From Mytilus edulis (Eukaryota), in the NCBI RefSeq assembly GCF_963676685.1, contig NC_092354.1:68014001-68078000 (forward strand): a DNA stretch of 64,000 bases, in the 5' to 3' direction. The translations under genes and the position numbers were made by a program. Positions 13,651 through 25,790 of this stretch are shown here, in pieces (positions within the stretch are counted from its first letter, which is position 1; each line of letters opens with the position of its first letter). Under the pieces are notes generated by a model that ran no database searches, was not told the DNA's origin, and saw only the letters and a list, made by a program, of their open reading frames with translations.

Positions 13651-14369
13651 TTAAAATTCATGATCGTCACACCTAGACGTAGTAGATGAGATACTGCTAT
13701 TTCTTTCATTTGTAATTTCAGTGTACTTATGCATTTCTTGACGTTCTTGTAAAACTATTTCGTACGGATTTTCATACCCATCTCCACCGATGCCCACCAT
13801 GGAATAACTTGATGTGCAACTATCAGAGTCAATACTTATTTGACTGTTGATATCGCTTGGTATTTCTTTATTTGTATTTGTGTTACACTGATTGCAATTT
13901 TGGTAATTTGTCGTACTTGGCATAGCAGTTGATGATACTACGGACATATCCATTTTCGAAGCGTCCAAATCATTCGAGGATATCAAAATTCGTTGTCCAG
14001 GTTCTTCTGTTATCTCGGGTTGTAGTAATCTATTCACGAAGGAGTTTTGGATCACTTCAACTGGTGCAACATCCTCATAAACAGTATTTGAGGAAGCTGA
14101 CAAACTTTGGCGTTCTAAATTCTGATCGTGATTTTCGTTGGGGTTAGGAGAACGTACAGTATTGTCAGCCCGTATTGATGTTGTCTCAATTTCATCATAA
14201 GTATGATAATGGTGGTTTTCAGGTTCATCATGTTGTTTGTGAAACCGAGTCCTAATTAGTTTTGAAAAGCAACAGACGTGAACAATAAGAAAGTAAACAC
14301 ATATAACCGTAGATATGCTGTACAGTGTCGCAAAGTACTTCCTCTTACTTTTGCTCAGTGGAATATTAT
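13651..14369 (-). CDS. Ig receptor copy A, last exon: TM helix plus Ser/Thr-rich cytoplasmic tail with Tyr motifs
   Basis: TTTCAG acceptor, phase 1. Hydrophobic YFATLYSISTVICVYFLIVHVCCF. Tail motifs TYDEI, TVYEDV, YENPYEIV and KYTEI. Stop at 13651. Confidence 0.85.
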
Positions 14370-15293
14370 CTGAAATTGTTATAAAAACAAACATTATAGT
14401 TACTTATTTAGTTTTTTCAAGTTGTCAACATGTAATAATATTGGTTTCTTAAATCTGCAGTTGATTCATTTAGACATGCAATTTTTTATGTTGCCAACAG
14501 AATAAAATATAGTAATCGCCATATGACGTTAGATTAGAACGAATTTCTTTAGAGTTGAATATTTATTCTGTTTCGTCTTTTACTCATATGAAGTGAACTA
14601 ATATATTAATTATGTTTGATTAATATCTTTATCAAGGAATCTGCATATAAATTCGAGATAATTAGAAAACAAATTATAATGTTGATTCATTTATGTTCGT
14701 AAGTATAAATGTTCGTGGATTGAGAAAAAGCTTGCATTTTCGTGGATATTAGATAGCCAAGTCTGCATTCATGTGTAATTGTATTCGGGGTTTACCGATA
14801 TCCACGAAATCAACGAAAATTGGTATCCAACGAATAATATTGAATCCACAGAATATAAAAATAAAATATTGTGGAGGAAGAAACTACCGAACACCTAATT
14901 GTGTCAAGTGTTCTAACGAATAAAAGGATATTGGCATGTTTTAAAATCTAATGGAACATCAATTTATGTACAAACATTTATTCCCAATACATTATAAAAT
15001 CGATTTAAGATTGACGAATTTAATCAAAACTTTACGAAAGGCATCACAATTTGCAAATGTCATTTTTGAACAATAAATTACGTAGTTGGATAATAATGAA
15101 GGAACAGATTTGGATTAATTCGAAATAATAATTCCGTGGTACATTTAAGATATAAATTGTATTCTGTATATATAAACGCAAGACTGTCAATTTGATGACA
15201 CGTAGATGCCCCCTTGAATGCAGCAATGCTTTAACAAAACAATATTCAGTAACAAGAGATGTAGCATGACGTCTTGTAAGCTTATCTACTTAC

Positions 15294-15620
15294 TATTGTC
15301 TTTTATTTCAAATTCATAATCGCTTGACCCAAAACGATTCTTTGCTGTAATACGATAGACTTGAAAGTCCAGTACCATATGTTCAATCAAAATTTCATAA
15401 CCGTGTATTCCTAATTGGTAATCAAATTCGGTGTAGTGCAATACATAATTCAAAATATTGAAATTGTTGCGTTTCCTATTTTTCGTTTGATCGCTTCCTA
15501 ATTTTTCAATGTATATTTCTTCTACATCCGGGTAGCTGTACAAGTAGAAGGACAGTGTAATTGATTGTCCAATTTCTCCAATTTTGACATTGCTGTTTTC
15601 TTTTGGAAATACAGGTGGAC
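15294..15620 (-). CDS. Ig receptor copy A, Ig-like domain 5 (I-set-like, Cys-less)
   Basis: 327 nt, phase 1-1, AAG acceptor. Encodes GPPVF...GQSITLSFYLYSYP...DFQVYRITAKNRFGS. Confidence 0.85.
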
Positions 15621-16714
15621 CTTACAAAACACAAAAGAAAGACTAATAAGTACATATTAAAGTAGAAAAGTACTATTGCAAAAAATGTTTGCAATACGAT
15701 ATCCTGACGAAAACAGAGTCAGATTAATTATTTGTGGTCATTTTAAATGTGTTGGGCTTGACTGATTTTTTTTAAAAAGATTGATTTCATTTGAATAAGA
15801 TTTATTACTTTGGAAAATCAAAATCCCTGGATTTGAGACGACATTACCTCATTGTACAAGCACACCACTATGCCGAAACCAAAGGTTACCTCAACTGCCT
15901 TGGATATGTAAGAGGCATCTGTCCTGCAACTCGAAAAACAGGTAAATATCTTGGTATAAGCCATTATAATCCTGTCAATTTGTTCTGTTCCACTCAATGT
16001 CAACAACTTACTTAGACTTAGAAATGTTCAATGAGAGCAAATGTCAAATTACAAAGAGCTTGAATAATTTCCACCGTCTTTTTTTTTATATTCCTGAACA
16101 GATGTCCTTATATACTATTGGTATTGTATTGAAGCGAAGTAACTTGTAATGACACATAGGAAAACATTTGGAAATTGACATAGATGTTATTAAGATATAT
16201 ATGACACAATATTTTTCAGAACGTATATTTTTGGGTAGATCATCTTCGAAAGATATGAATTGTAATAATGTGCATCGAATGCAGTGATATTGGTACCGTT
16301 AATTTTATTAGTACAACAGTGTTAATACATCTGCTGATGAACTGTCAATATATGAATACTGTTTGATAAAAACTTTCTGTTTAAAATCTTGCTTATAATT
16401 TCAAAATAAGGCTTACTAGTTGTTAATGTCTGTGTCATTTTGGTCTTTTGTGGATAGTTGTCTCATTGGCAATCATACCACATCTTCTTTTTTATACTAC
16501 TAGTATTCTCTTTCACACAAAAAAAATATTGTCTGGATTGCCTTGGGCTATATTTAAGTTCCTCTTTTGATACCGTTACTATTATATGTATAGTCGCAAA
16601 AACAAAAATACTTGTAGCAAAACTTCTTTTTGAACTGTTTTAGATACAGTTAGTGACACCCTATACTATAATATTAAAAACAATATATAATCCTCAAAAT
16701 AATTATTTTTTTAC

Positions 16715-16987
16715 CTTCATATTTCACATTTGTTGACCAAGTCTGTAATACCAATCCATTCACAGATGGTATACCATTACTGACAAAACAAACATATTTA
16801 CCATTTCTCTGGTACGGAAAAGGCTCCTTGGACAAGGCGAATACTTTGTTATTCAAATTTACTGAACGAATAAGTTCCCCATTCGTAGATAGTTGATCTA
16901 GTTGGTACGTCGTATAAATTGCCGGAACTCCATCGCAATCACATTCAATCGTTTCGTTCGTATAGCGAATTTTAACTGCAGGAGCAT
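16715..16987 (-). CDS. Ig receptor copy A, Ig-like domain 4
   Basis: 273 nt, phase 1-1. Encodes YAPAVKI...IECDCDGVP...NGKYVCFVSNGI. Confidence 0.85.
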
Positions 16988-17499
16988 CTGTAATTCAGAC
17001 TAAGAAATTTAATCTTGGAATAGGAGTTCTATATATCCTCCTACATAAAAACAATTCAATAAAGAATAAGAATTGTCCGGAATGTTCGAGCTGTTTTCTG
17101 TTCCATATTTGTTGATTAATATAATCGATCATTTGATTTTGTCTGATTTTAATGACTTCCTTTTTTTATTTACTTTTTTGAGAAATAAAGTCTCAATGTG
17201 ATCATATTTGCGAGATAATTTAATTCAATTGCATTAATTAAAAACTTCAAATGTCTCTGAGTCTCGTTGTAACAAACAATGGGGTGTACAGTGCATATGA
17301 ACTTTATGCAAGTCACATCACTATGGTTTTGTCTTTTTAAAGATCTACTGAAACCTTCATTCATATATGAGGTCATATTTCGATATTGTTTACATATTTT
17401 AGTCATTGATTCGCATGCAATATTTGTGACATGTGCCTTTAGCTCACACCAAACAGCAACATGTATATTACCGTGCTTGTATTTCCTATCATTATTTCC

Positions 17500-17950
17500 T
17501 TGATAGAGGGTCGCTGTTCACAAGGAAGCTATTAAACGAACTTCAAATGGGGAAGTTGAAATGATTCCTTCGTAAATTTTACGGACGCCATAACGAGTTG
17601 GTTGACTGTTATGGAATAATCGTTTCAAAGATGATATCGGATATGATTCTTACGACGTCGTAACTACAATCCCCTGCCATTTTCATGAATGTGACCTACC
17701 AAATTAGACTATTTACCGGGTTTGTAAAAACATGAGCAACACGACGGGTGTCATATGTGGTACAGGATCTGCTTACCCTTCCAGAGCACATGAGATCACC
17801 CCCAGTTTTGCTTGGGTTCGTGTTGCTTATTTTTTATTTTGATATGTTGTGTCATGGTTACAATTATTTGTCTGTTTGTCTTTTTTCATTTTTAACCATG
17901 GCGTTGTCAGTTTATTTTTGATCTATGAGGTTGAATGTCCCTCTTGTATC
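17500..17950 (+). mobile_element. 3' fragment of a Penelope-like (PLE) retroelement-derived repeat in an intron of Ig copy A
   Basis: Degenerate ...LRKFYGRHNELVD.YG... plus the conserved 3' tail GCTTACCCTTCCAGAGCAC. Homologous to 33530-34160 and about 40180-40430. Confidence 0.7.
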
Positions 17951-18016
17951 TTTTTTGTTTTGCTGTAATTTGTACAGCAAATAATCTCGTTTTTAATGTA
18001 AATAATTTATATTTAA

Positions 18017-18731
18017 GGTAGCACAATACAAAGATTTTTCATCCCCAATCAGACATCTTTAAACTGATGTAATTCAACTCATCTTTCTTTAAATTTTATA
18101 AATGAGGTACCAAAAGAAAGAAGAAGGAACAATCTTTCAAATTGTGACAATTTCATTATGAAATAATTATTACATAATTAATTGTTATGTAATTAGTTGC
18201 CATTCTGTGATGTCCATACTTGAATGAATTTAGCTTCTTTGTTCTTCATAGCATCCTAAAAGTTTTTTATAGATTCTTGCACAACACAGTTTGACCTCCA
18301 AAACTGTGTCTCAGATTTTTCCTATTGTATTTCATTCTCTCATAAATCTTCAATGAAGTTTGCAACATCAATTCATTAGAGACCACTAAATTCAATTGGG
18401 TATAAAATTTGTTCTATTGATGTTTTTGGAAATCTGAGACACAGTTTTGGAGGTAAAGCTGTGTAGTACAAGAATCTATAAAATATTTTGGGATGCTATG
18501 AAGAACAAAAACGCTAAATTCATTCAAGTGTGGACATCACAATATAGCAACTAATTACATAATAATTAATTATGTAATAATCATGTCATAATGAAATTAT
18601 CACAATTTGAAAGATTAATCTTTCTTCTTTCTTTTGGTACCTCATTTATAAGATATAAAGAAGGATGAAATGAATTACATCAGTTTAAAGTTGTCTGATT
18701 GGGAGTGAAAAAATCTTTGTATTGTGCTAGC
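18017..18731. mobile_element. Foldback MITE with arms of about 350 bp, TTAA-flanked (Kolobok-like)
   Basis: Left TTAA|GGTAGCACAATACAAAGATTTTT; right AAAAATCTTTGTATTGTGCTAGC|TAA. The arms are complementary nearly to the centre. Confidence 0.85.
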
Positions 18732-18775
18732 TAAGTTGTCTAGTAATAAAATATGGTACAGTTTAATGAACTTAC

Positions 18776-19036
18776 AGTTTATGGTTAACTGAACTTCTAT
18801 CATAATCGATGGTTTTGTTTTATCCATACATTGATATTTTGTCAGATGATTTGTACGGTCGGGTACAAAAGTATAGATAACAGATTGATTATCACCAATT
18901 GCAACTGTTGTTTCGTTCGATTCTAATTTTAAGGCAGTAATAAACTGTTCGGTGTCAGCTTTACACGTTATCGTTAATTCCATCCCCTCCTGTCCATCTA
19001 TTGTGTTTAGATAAGTCTTGTTTTCGAACCATAATT
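18776..19036 (-). CDS. Ig receptor copy A, Ig-like domain 3 (C2-like)
   Basis: 261 nt, phase 1-1. Encodes GQEGMELTITC...FVPDRTNHLTKYQC. Confidence 0.85.
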
Positions 19037-19631
19037 CTGTAATAAGATAATGTTAAAAAACTAAATAATTGCCTCAGCAAACAGCTTGCAAAATTAATGT
19101 AGTCTTTGTTTCAAACAACATGTAATTTATAATACCTTATCAGTAGAGTTAAGACTTCATATTGGCGAAGTAAGTTTTTCTCATCACATCCGTTGTTCGT
19201 CGTCCATCGTCCGTCATCATCGTCGTCGTCCTCCGTTAAAATTTACTATAATCTTCTCCTCAGAAACTACTGGGCCAAATTTAACCAAACTTTGCCACAA
19301 TCCTAACTTGAGTCTCTAATGTTACAACATGTATCTAATGACCCCACCTATCAGTCTAGATGGCCGCTACCGATAAAAATAGAACATATGGGTAAAATGC
19401 AAGTACTGTCTACTGTTTTGAAATCGTTATATTAGAGAAAACCCGAAGCGTTATGAGAGACTTTGCTCTTTAGTGACGAATTTTACAATTTTCTGCGGTT
19501 TTGCCTGCCATTTGAAAAATATAATAGACATATATAGACTTTAAATAATCAAAAAAGATCAGCATCAGTTACGGTAAGTACTGTTCTTTAATTCATTTTC
19601 CTTAACATGCTTAAGATAGACAACTACTTAC

Positions 19632-19883
19632 TTGCTACTAAAAGCTTGACTCTAGTACGATAAAAACGTGTATAACATTGATAATCGCCTTCGTCTTCAG
19701 GAGTAACATTGTATATTTTAAGATCTAGGCTATAGTTTCTAATTGTTCTGAAGTTTTCTCTCTTTAAGATCTCCTCTTTGCTCTTAGCACGATAAAGATG
19801 GAGATCGAGTAAAAAAATAAGTGTTGGTGATAATCCTTCATCTGCACAGACTTGTCTACGTGACCGAGATGGACATGACATGT
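19632..19883 (-). CDS. Ig receptor copy A, Ig-like domain 2
   Basis: 252 nt, phase 1-1. Carries the V-set signature LKIYNVTPEDEGDYQC. Confidence 0.85.
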
Positions 19884-20397
19884 CTGCAAATACAATTTTT
19901 GTTTACAATGTATATGTGAGTGGTTACATGACATATTAAATCTAGGACCAATTATGCTGTTAAGTGAGATATTTTTAAATTGTTTTAAAGTTATGAACTT
20001 GTAAATGAAACATACAGGAATCAAGGGTAAATAAACGATGAAAAAGAATTTTGATGGTGCAATCATTGTTTGAAATATTTTCCCGCAATTAATTAATTAT
20101 AAAATCTCCATTCCGTTAAGATTAACCAAAACCCTAACAGCACATTCGACAAGAGTGGTATCCAATTGTACAACATTTATCAGTCCAAGTTGTCCAAAAC
20201 CTTAGGTGTTATGAGTGAACACAAATCTTCTTCTCTTACGTCTTAGCATTTAAATCATTGTTGTTAGACAATCAATGTGCTAACAATTGACCACATGTCC
20301 TTCTAATTGTTTTTTTTATCTTATTAATCAGTAAGATTTTTTCCGTTGAAGATTACAAAACAAATTTGATGCAATGTGGATGTTACAGTAAACTTAC

Positions 20398-20676
20398 TAG
20401 AAATTTTGAGTTCCAATCCAGGATAATAGTTTAGCCATTGGTTCAATTTATAGACTCCAGCATGTTTTGCTGTTGTATTAATGATATGAATTCCTATATC
20501 TTTGGTCAATGCAAAACTATATATACTCATGTTATTCATCTCGCTTATGTAAATTAGTTCTCTGTTCCGTATAAAACGGCATTCTCTAATCTTGTAGGAG
20601 ACCGGAAACAAAAGAATTGACTTGGTCCCCTCCGTTGCGTAAACTTTATTCATTGAATCGATTAGGTTAAAATTTG
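20398..20676 (-). CDS. Ig receptor copy A, Ig-like domain 1 (V-like, no canonical disulfide)
   Basis: 279 nt, phase 1-1. Encodes VYATEGTKSILLF...IHIINTTAKHAGVYKL...LELKI. Confidence 0.8.
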
Positions 20677-21559
20677 CTGAAATGATTAAAAAAAGTACGT
20701 TTGTTTCCTCATTATCGTCGTGATGTCTTCAGTATGCGTTTAAACATATGTATATAATGTTTTGTTCTTTTTATTGTTTTTATGATCTATTGTAAACTTA
20801 TTTTGTTGATTTATGTATGCCTTCAACCATATTGGGAGTATAAAGCATTTATTCATTTCAATAAACATATATTAATCTCATAGTAATTACTTCGGTGATT
20901 CACGCATACGTTTCTGTAAAGGATGTGGCATTTAGGAATCGTAAGATGCATTACACACATTTTCTGTTTGAAGGGATTCAATCAACTCATTTGAACTCCA
21001 ACATTTTTCCACTAATTTGTTATAATGATTTTTCGTAAATATTAAGTACGCAGTATATTGATTTATTATTGGTTACCATACTACATAGATTTATTCGTAT
21101 TATTTTTTCATTAATATGAATACAGATTCAGCTAAATCCCTGCATATTTTAATGATTTTCACATTTAGCTTATTTTTTTGTCTCTCTAAAAAAAACCACT
21201 GTCTTACATTATGATGTTTGGCATGTTTAGGACCACATGAAATGCAAAAATACCGAAAAAAGATCAAAACGGATAGTCCGTAATCAAATGGCATAATGAA
21301 AAGCTCAAACACATCCTACGAATGGATAACAACTTTCATATTCCTGACTTGGTATAGGCATTTTCTGATGTAGAAAATGGACGATTAAACCTGATTGTAT
21401 AGCTAGCTAAGTCTTTCATTTTTATGACAGTCGTATTAAATTCCATTATATTGACAACGATGTGTGATCAAAACAATCAGACATCAAGGTAAAAGTGTTA
21501 AAAGTTAGGATACAGCAGTCAACATTGTCTTGATATCTTAATCACTTTATCGAACTCAC

Positions 21560-21598
21560 CTTGTAACAAAAATAAAACCGGAAGAAAATTACCATACC
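21560..21598 (-). CDS. Ig-superfamily receptor copy A, signal-peptide exon
   Basis: TTTTAG|GG TAT GGT AAT TTT CTT CCG GTT TTA TTT TTG TTA CAA G|GTGAG. Ends in LLQ plus phase 1, as does the paralog B exon at 56895-56934. Confidence 0.7.
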
Positions 21599-24069
21599 CT
21601 AAAATAAAAGGAAATATCGATATTTGATACTTATGTCGCATGATTTGTAATGGTAGAATGACATACACTCCAGAAAAGTAATGGATCAAGCTGCAAACAT
21701 TTTTGTTTTGTGAAATAAATGGTATTGTCTTTTTTTTTAATTCCTGGTCATTTAATTTCTTTTCGTTGAGACTTTTTTTTTTTGGGGGGGGGGGTCCCTT
21801 TGTTATAGTTATACTATTTATATGTTCAGAACTGGTTAGTGAGAATAGTTATTTAACGGGTTCTTGTTTTGGGATAAAAATATATTTGAGTAGTATATGC
21901 ACGTAAAATAATTTGGTGGTTTAAAAGGTGAGATCATCTTATATTATATGAAAAAACCTATGCCTAGAGTTTTGTTTTATTGATTATACCAAGGATTTTA
22001 CTATAGATTTTTTTTTAAATTCAGACGAGGATGGCGAAGGAGAATTGAATTTTGAATTAAGAAAAATCCCCATAGAAACCAGGATTGAAATTTTGTATTT
22101 GCGCCAGAGGCGCGTTATGTCTACAAAAGACTCATCAGTGTCGCTCGAATAAAAAAAAAGCACCGAGGACAAAAATTCTTAAATCTTTGCCAAATACAGT
22201 TAAAGTAATCTTTTCCAGGGATAAAAAAGCCTTAGCATTTCAAAAATTCAAAGTTTTGTAAATAGTTAATTTAAAATTATGACCCTTAAACGTAAGTGAA
22301 CAACTAAGGGAAATGCATATTTTCTAAAAGTAGGACTTCTAATGGGAAAGCGTTTTCTGCTATGTTATATATAACCTTCTTTTAGAATCCAGACACTACA
22401 CATTCAGCTTACTTTCAAATAAGACGACTATTCTGATATTCTATCACTCAAGAGTTAAAAAATATGCACATCAGATTTTTTTGACAGACATCCTGCGAAT
22501 CATTGATTTTATTCTTTTTTTCTTTCCCTGGTGAAGTGGTCTTTTGTTATAATTACAAACTGATGTAGCTGTTTTAAAATGTTCCGATACTGATACAATA
22601 ATTGTGACATCACAAAGAAATATAGAAAATCTTGCTAGAATTTGTTAAGCTTTAACTTTGTACTTGTTTGGCTTTAGAAATATTTTGATATGAGCGTCAT
22701 TGATGAGACTTATGTAGATGAAACTCGTAAATTATAATCCTGGTACCTTTGATAACGATTAAGTCGTTCTGCTCAAAATTGTTAATAACCAATTGTCGAA
22801 ATAGTTGACTACAGTTTTACAAATGGGTTCATCTGATTATCTTTACACACATGCATTTGTATGAAGACGACATTTGATATGGAAAGAATGTTCAATGAAA
22901 AGATCAACTTCATAATTTATCAGGCGTATAATGTATTACTACTAAATTGGAAATCGTAGATGCAAATATCTTTTGAAAAAGTCATGACAAATGATGAACC
23001 AGTCTTTCTATAGTACACATACTCAGAATTAAGATGATATCATCACAATGCTTGAATTTTAAACGACAATGTATTTGTTGAGTTTGGATTAACAGTATAT
23101 CTTTCAATTAGTACTAATTTTTCCCTCACATTGGCCACATATTTTTATTGTCACTTACAACGAACAACTCATAAATAACATTTTCTAAGTTAAAAGCATA
23201 TACTTTTTAACTGATCATGTTTCCTGATAACAGTCGTTGATGGTCTATTTCGTTTATTCATGTACTTATACAACACGAACTTTTAAATGATTTACATTTA
23301 CACTACTAAGACAAAAAGAAATGGTATCTTATTCAGCTTATTACATTTACACTAGTTTAAAGTTAGCACCACATGTTAATGTTATTTCGAATAGACAGAA
23401 CAAATATTAGTTATTCCTCATGTTCCTTATAATTTAATTTAAAATTCCATTTTAAGCCGGAGTAAATCGTGAAAAACGATGATGACATCACGGTCACATG
23501 ACAAAATTTTGTCTATGAGCTGAGAGACAAAATACTTTCAGCCAATCAGAAGACGTGTTACATCCAAAATTAAAGTATTCATCGATAATCTCCCCCCCCC
23601 CCCCGTCATACTTATGCCAACTGGACTGGTATGCCATATTTTGACAATAACGTTCAAACATTGTATAGGACAGCATAAAGAAAAAAATTAGTTCAAACAA
23701 ATTTCAACTATTATCATGGCAAACATGTACAAAATGACAAATACATCAATTTCAATCTGAATATAATTCCTTTTAGTTGTACCAAATACTGGGGCATTAT
23801 ACTATTGCACCAATAACTATTCAATTCTTTCCTTTCATTGTTCATGTTGTTATGTATTCTAACCCTGTTTTTCTCTCTCATATAACCGCTGCCTTTAGTA
23901 AAATTGACCAACTCTTAATATTCTATAGATACCCGAACAGGTCAAATGTGTGTTATTGCATCAAATCAACAGTGCTATTAATTAGGAAAAATATATAAAT
24001 ATAAATATTAAAAGATATCTATGATCATATTGCAAAAAAAATGGAAAACAACACGTTTTATAATTTATT

Positions 24070-24111
24070 GCGTCCGAAGCGCTTTTCTGGATTTACCTTC
24101 ATCAGGAACGC
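24070..24111 (-). ncRNA. Minimal type I hammerhead ribozyme (PLE-associated) in intron 1 of Ig copy A, sense orientation
   Basis: Minus strand reads GCGTTC CTGATGA AGG-TAAAT-CCA GAAA AGCGCT TC GGACGC: core boxes, stem I GCGUUC/GGACGC, palindromic stem III and a UUC cleavage triplet. Confidence 0.65.
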
Positions 24112-24201
24112 TCAAAGCCAAACATTTGAAATCCGAAGATGTATAAGTACCGAAAAATGTACTGTTATAGTAAAATGTTAGAATAAAAAGTTAACCCTTA
24201 C

Positions 24202-24211
24202 CATTCTTCAT
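24202..24211 (-). CDS. Ig-superfamily receptor copy A, exon 1 (start codon)
   Basis: GCC ATG AAG AAT G|GTAAGG. The same ...ATG|GTAAG junction occurs in paralog B at 58304-58306. Confidence 0.6.
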
Positions 24212-25118
24212 GGCTACTTTGTACTGATACATTTATTTCCTTATTGTACTATAAAACATCATTCTGTGTGAAACTGAAGTTGTTGCTTCCGTCATTTGGT
24301 ATGCAGTTTACATACACGTGTTTTTGATAAAAAAAAAACATTAGGAATCGAAAAACATATTTCACTTAAAATACACATCCTTGATTATTTCTGAAAACTG
24401 GATATGTAATTCATATTTAGGAAAAACAATTTTGTTGGCCTTACAGAATGTTTGTATTCAAAATAGGGATGGCAACGAGAACTCGTTTGCCTGTTATAAA
24501 TCTTGAGATATTTCTTCTCACATTACCGCTCACTTAAGTGCAGTTGAACTATCCCTTTCGTAATACTATTTAAAATTCCTTAACAATGTTGATAATGTAA
24601 CGTTAATCCTGCTTATATTATATTAAAATAATATTTTGAGGTAAGTGTTTTTTTTTCTATTCTATAACATTATTCGTTCATTCACTTATTTCAGCAAGTC
24701 AACATAGCGGCTCCTTGGTTACAAAATGTCAACAGTGAATTTGACGGTAGCTTACGAGAAAAAAAAATGTAAATCAAAAATGGAATATGTTTGGTTTGAG
24801 AATTAAATAAATCAATATCGCTTCCATGATTTTTTTTTCAAAACAATTAATGATGTGACATTAACATCATTTCCTAATTAATAAAATTTTTATTCAGATG
24901 TGACACGAAACATTACATTAGATTTCTGTTTACATGATGTGTGATCAGTCAGTTCCAAAACGGCTATCCGTCTATTTATATCAGACGGATATTCCGTCTT
25001 ATCAATACGGATCTCAGTTTTTCTTCCGTTCGGTATATATATATATTGAGCGTACCTATTATTAGAAATATATTGGAAACCCCCTTGTCTAAAGTAGTCT
25101 CCGTTCGAGTTTTACGAG

Positions 25119-25130
25119 ATCTCGCGAGAT
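25119..25130. promoter_or_regulatory. TCTCGCGAGA palindrome (BANP/'CGCG-element'-type promoter motif) just upstream of the transposase exon 1
   Basis: Perfect 12-bp palindrome ATCTCGCGAGAT in a locally CpG-rich patch, 32 bp before the ATG at 25163. Confidence 0.55.
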
Positions 25131-25162
25131 TTCCGGCTATTTTAATCCAGAATTGCACCAAA

Positions 25163-25187
25163 ATGGAGGACACAAGTGTCGATATCG
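25163..25187 (+). CDS. Putative shared first coding exon (MEDTSVDI) of the transposase and the accessory protein
   Basis: AAAATGG context and donor G|GTGGGT in phase 1, matching the phase-1 acceptors at 29079 and 32172. Confidence 0.55.
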
Positions 25188-25364
25188 GTGGGTAGAAAAG
25201 TCCAAATATTTTATGTTTGCGTGTTTCTATCAATTTGATAATTGCAAATCAGAAAGAAAACATTCCAAATTAATGAAAAAATCTAATACAAACGGCATTT
25301 AAATGTTTTAACACAGCGACCGAAGCCGACCGAATTGAACAAAAAACAGAGATAAAAACAACTG

Positions 25365-25516
25365 TACGGATTCCCCGTCTACAACATAAAATAAACAATA
25401 CGGATCTTCCGTCTACAACTAAAAACAAACTAGACAGGATTTCCGTCTACAAATAAAAGCAAACTATACGGACTTTCCGTCTACACACTAAAGCACACTA
25501 GATGGATTTACCGTCT
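25365..25516. repeat. Five-unit tandem array with a 34-bp period, built on the palindromic ACGGA-N3-TCCGTCT motif
   Basis: CCGTCT starts at 25375, 25409, 25443, 25477 and 25511, separated by A-rich linkers. Confidence 0.9.
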
Positions 25517-25790
25517 TCTCAAATTAAATCAATGTAGACGGATAATCGTTCTTAATTTTTTAATTATGTTTACGTTACTCAGAGTCAGCATGGACGTGCC
25601 TTTCCATTACATTTTGAAAAGGGGGAGGGCTGCATTAAAATAGTATGAGGTCCTAAAGGATGAAATGCATAGGCACCAGATGAAGGCAACAGTTTCAAAC
25701 TGAAAAACAGACAATGGGGACCTTTTGTTCCCCATAATTTTCTGTGAATCGGGGGGTTTTAAAGACAATAAAGTTTCACTAAAGTCAAAA

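Noticed and set aside
15791-16015. Extra exon or small gene in the D4-D5 intron of Ig copy A
   Set aside because: It has no Ig motifs, no counterpart in paralog B and no convincing phase-1 splice pair.
24420-24960. Left TIR/TSD of the large transposase element, including TAGGGATGGCAACGAG near 24464
   Set aside because: I could not find a reverse-complement partner between 36073 and 41400. The TAGGGATG piece looks like an isolated hAT-type end, so the element boundaries remain undefined.
25365-25516. CRISPR-like array of palindromic repeats with spacers
   Set aside because: The context is a eukaryotic intron, the linkers are only about 15 nt, A-rich and similar to each other, and there are no cas genes. 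It is a minisatellite of palindromic sites.
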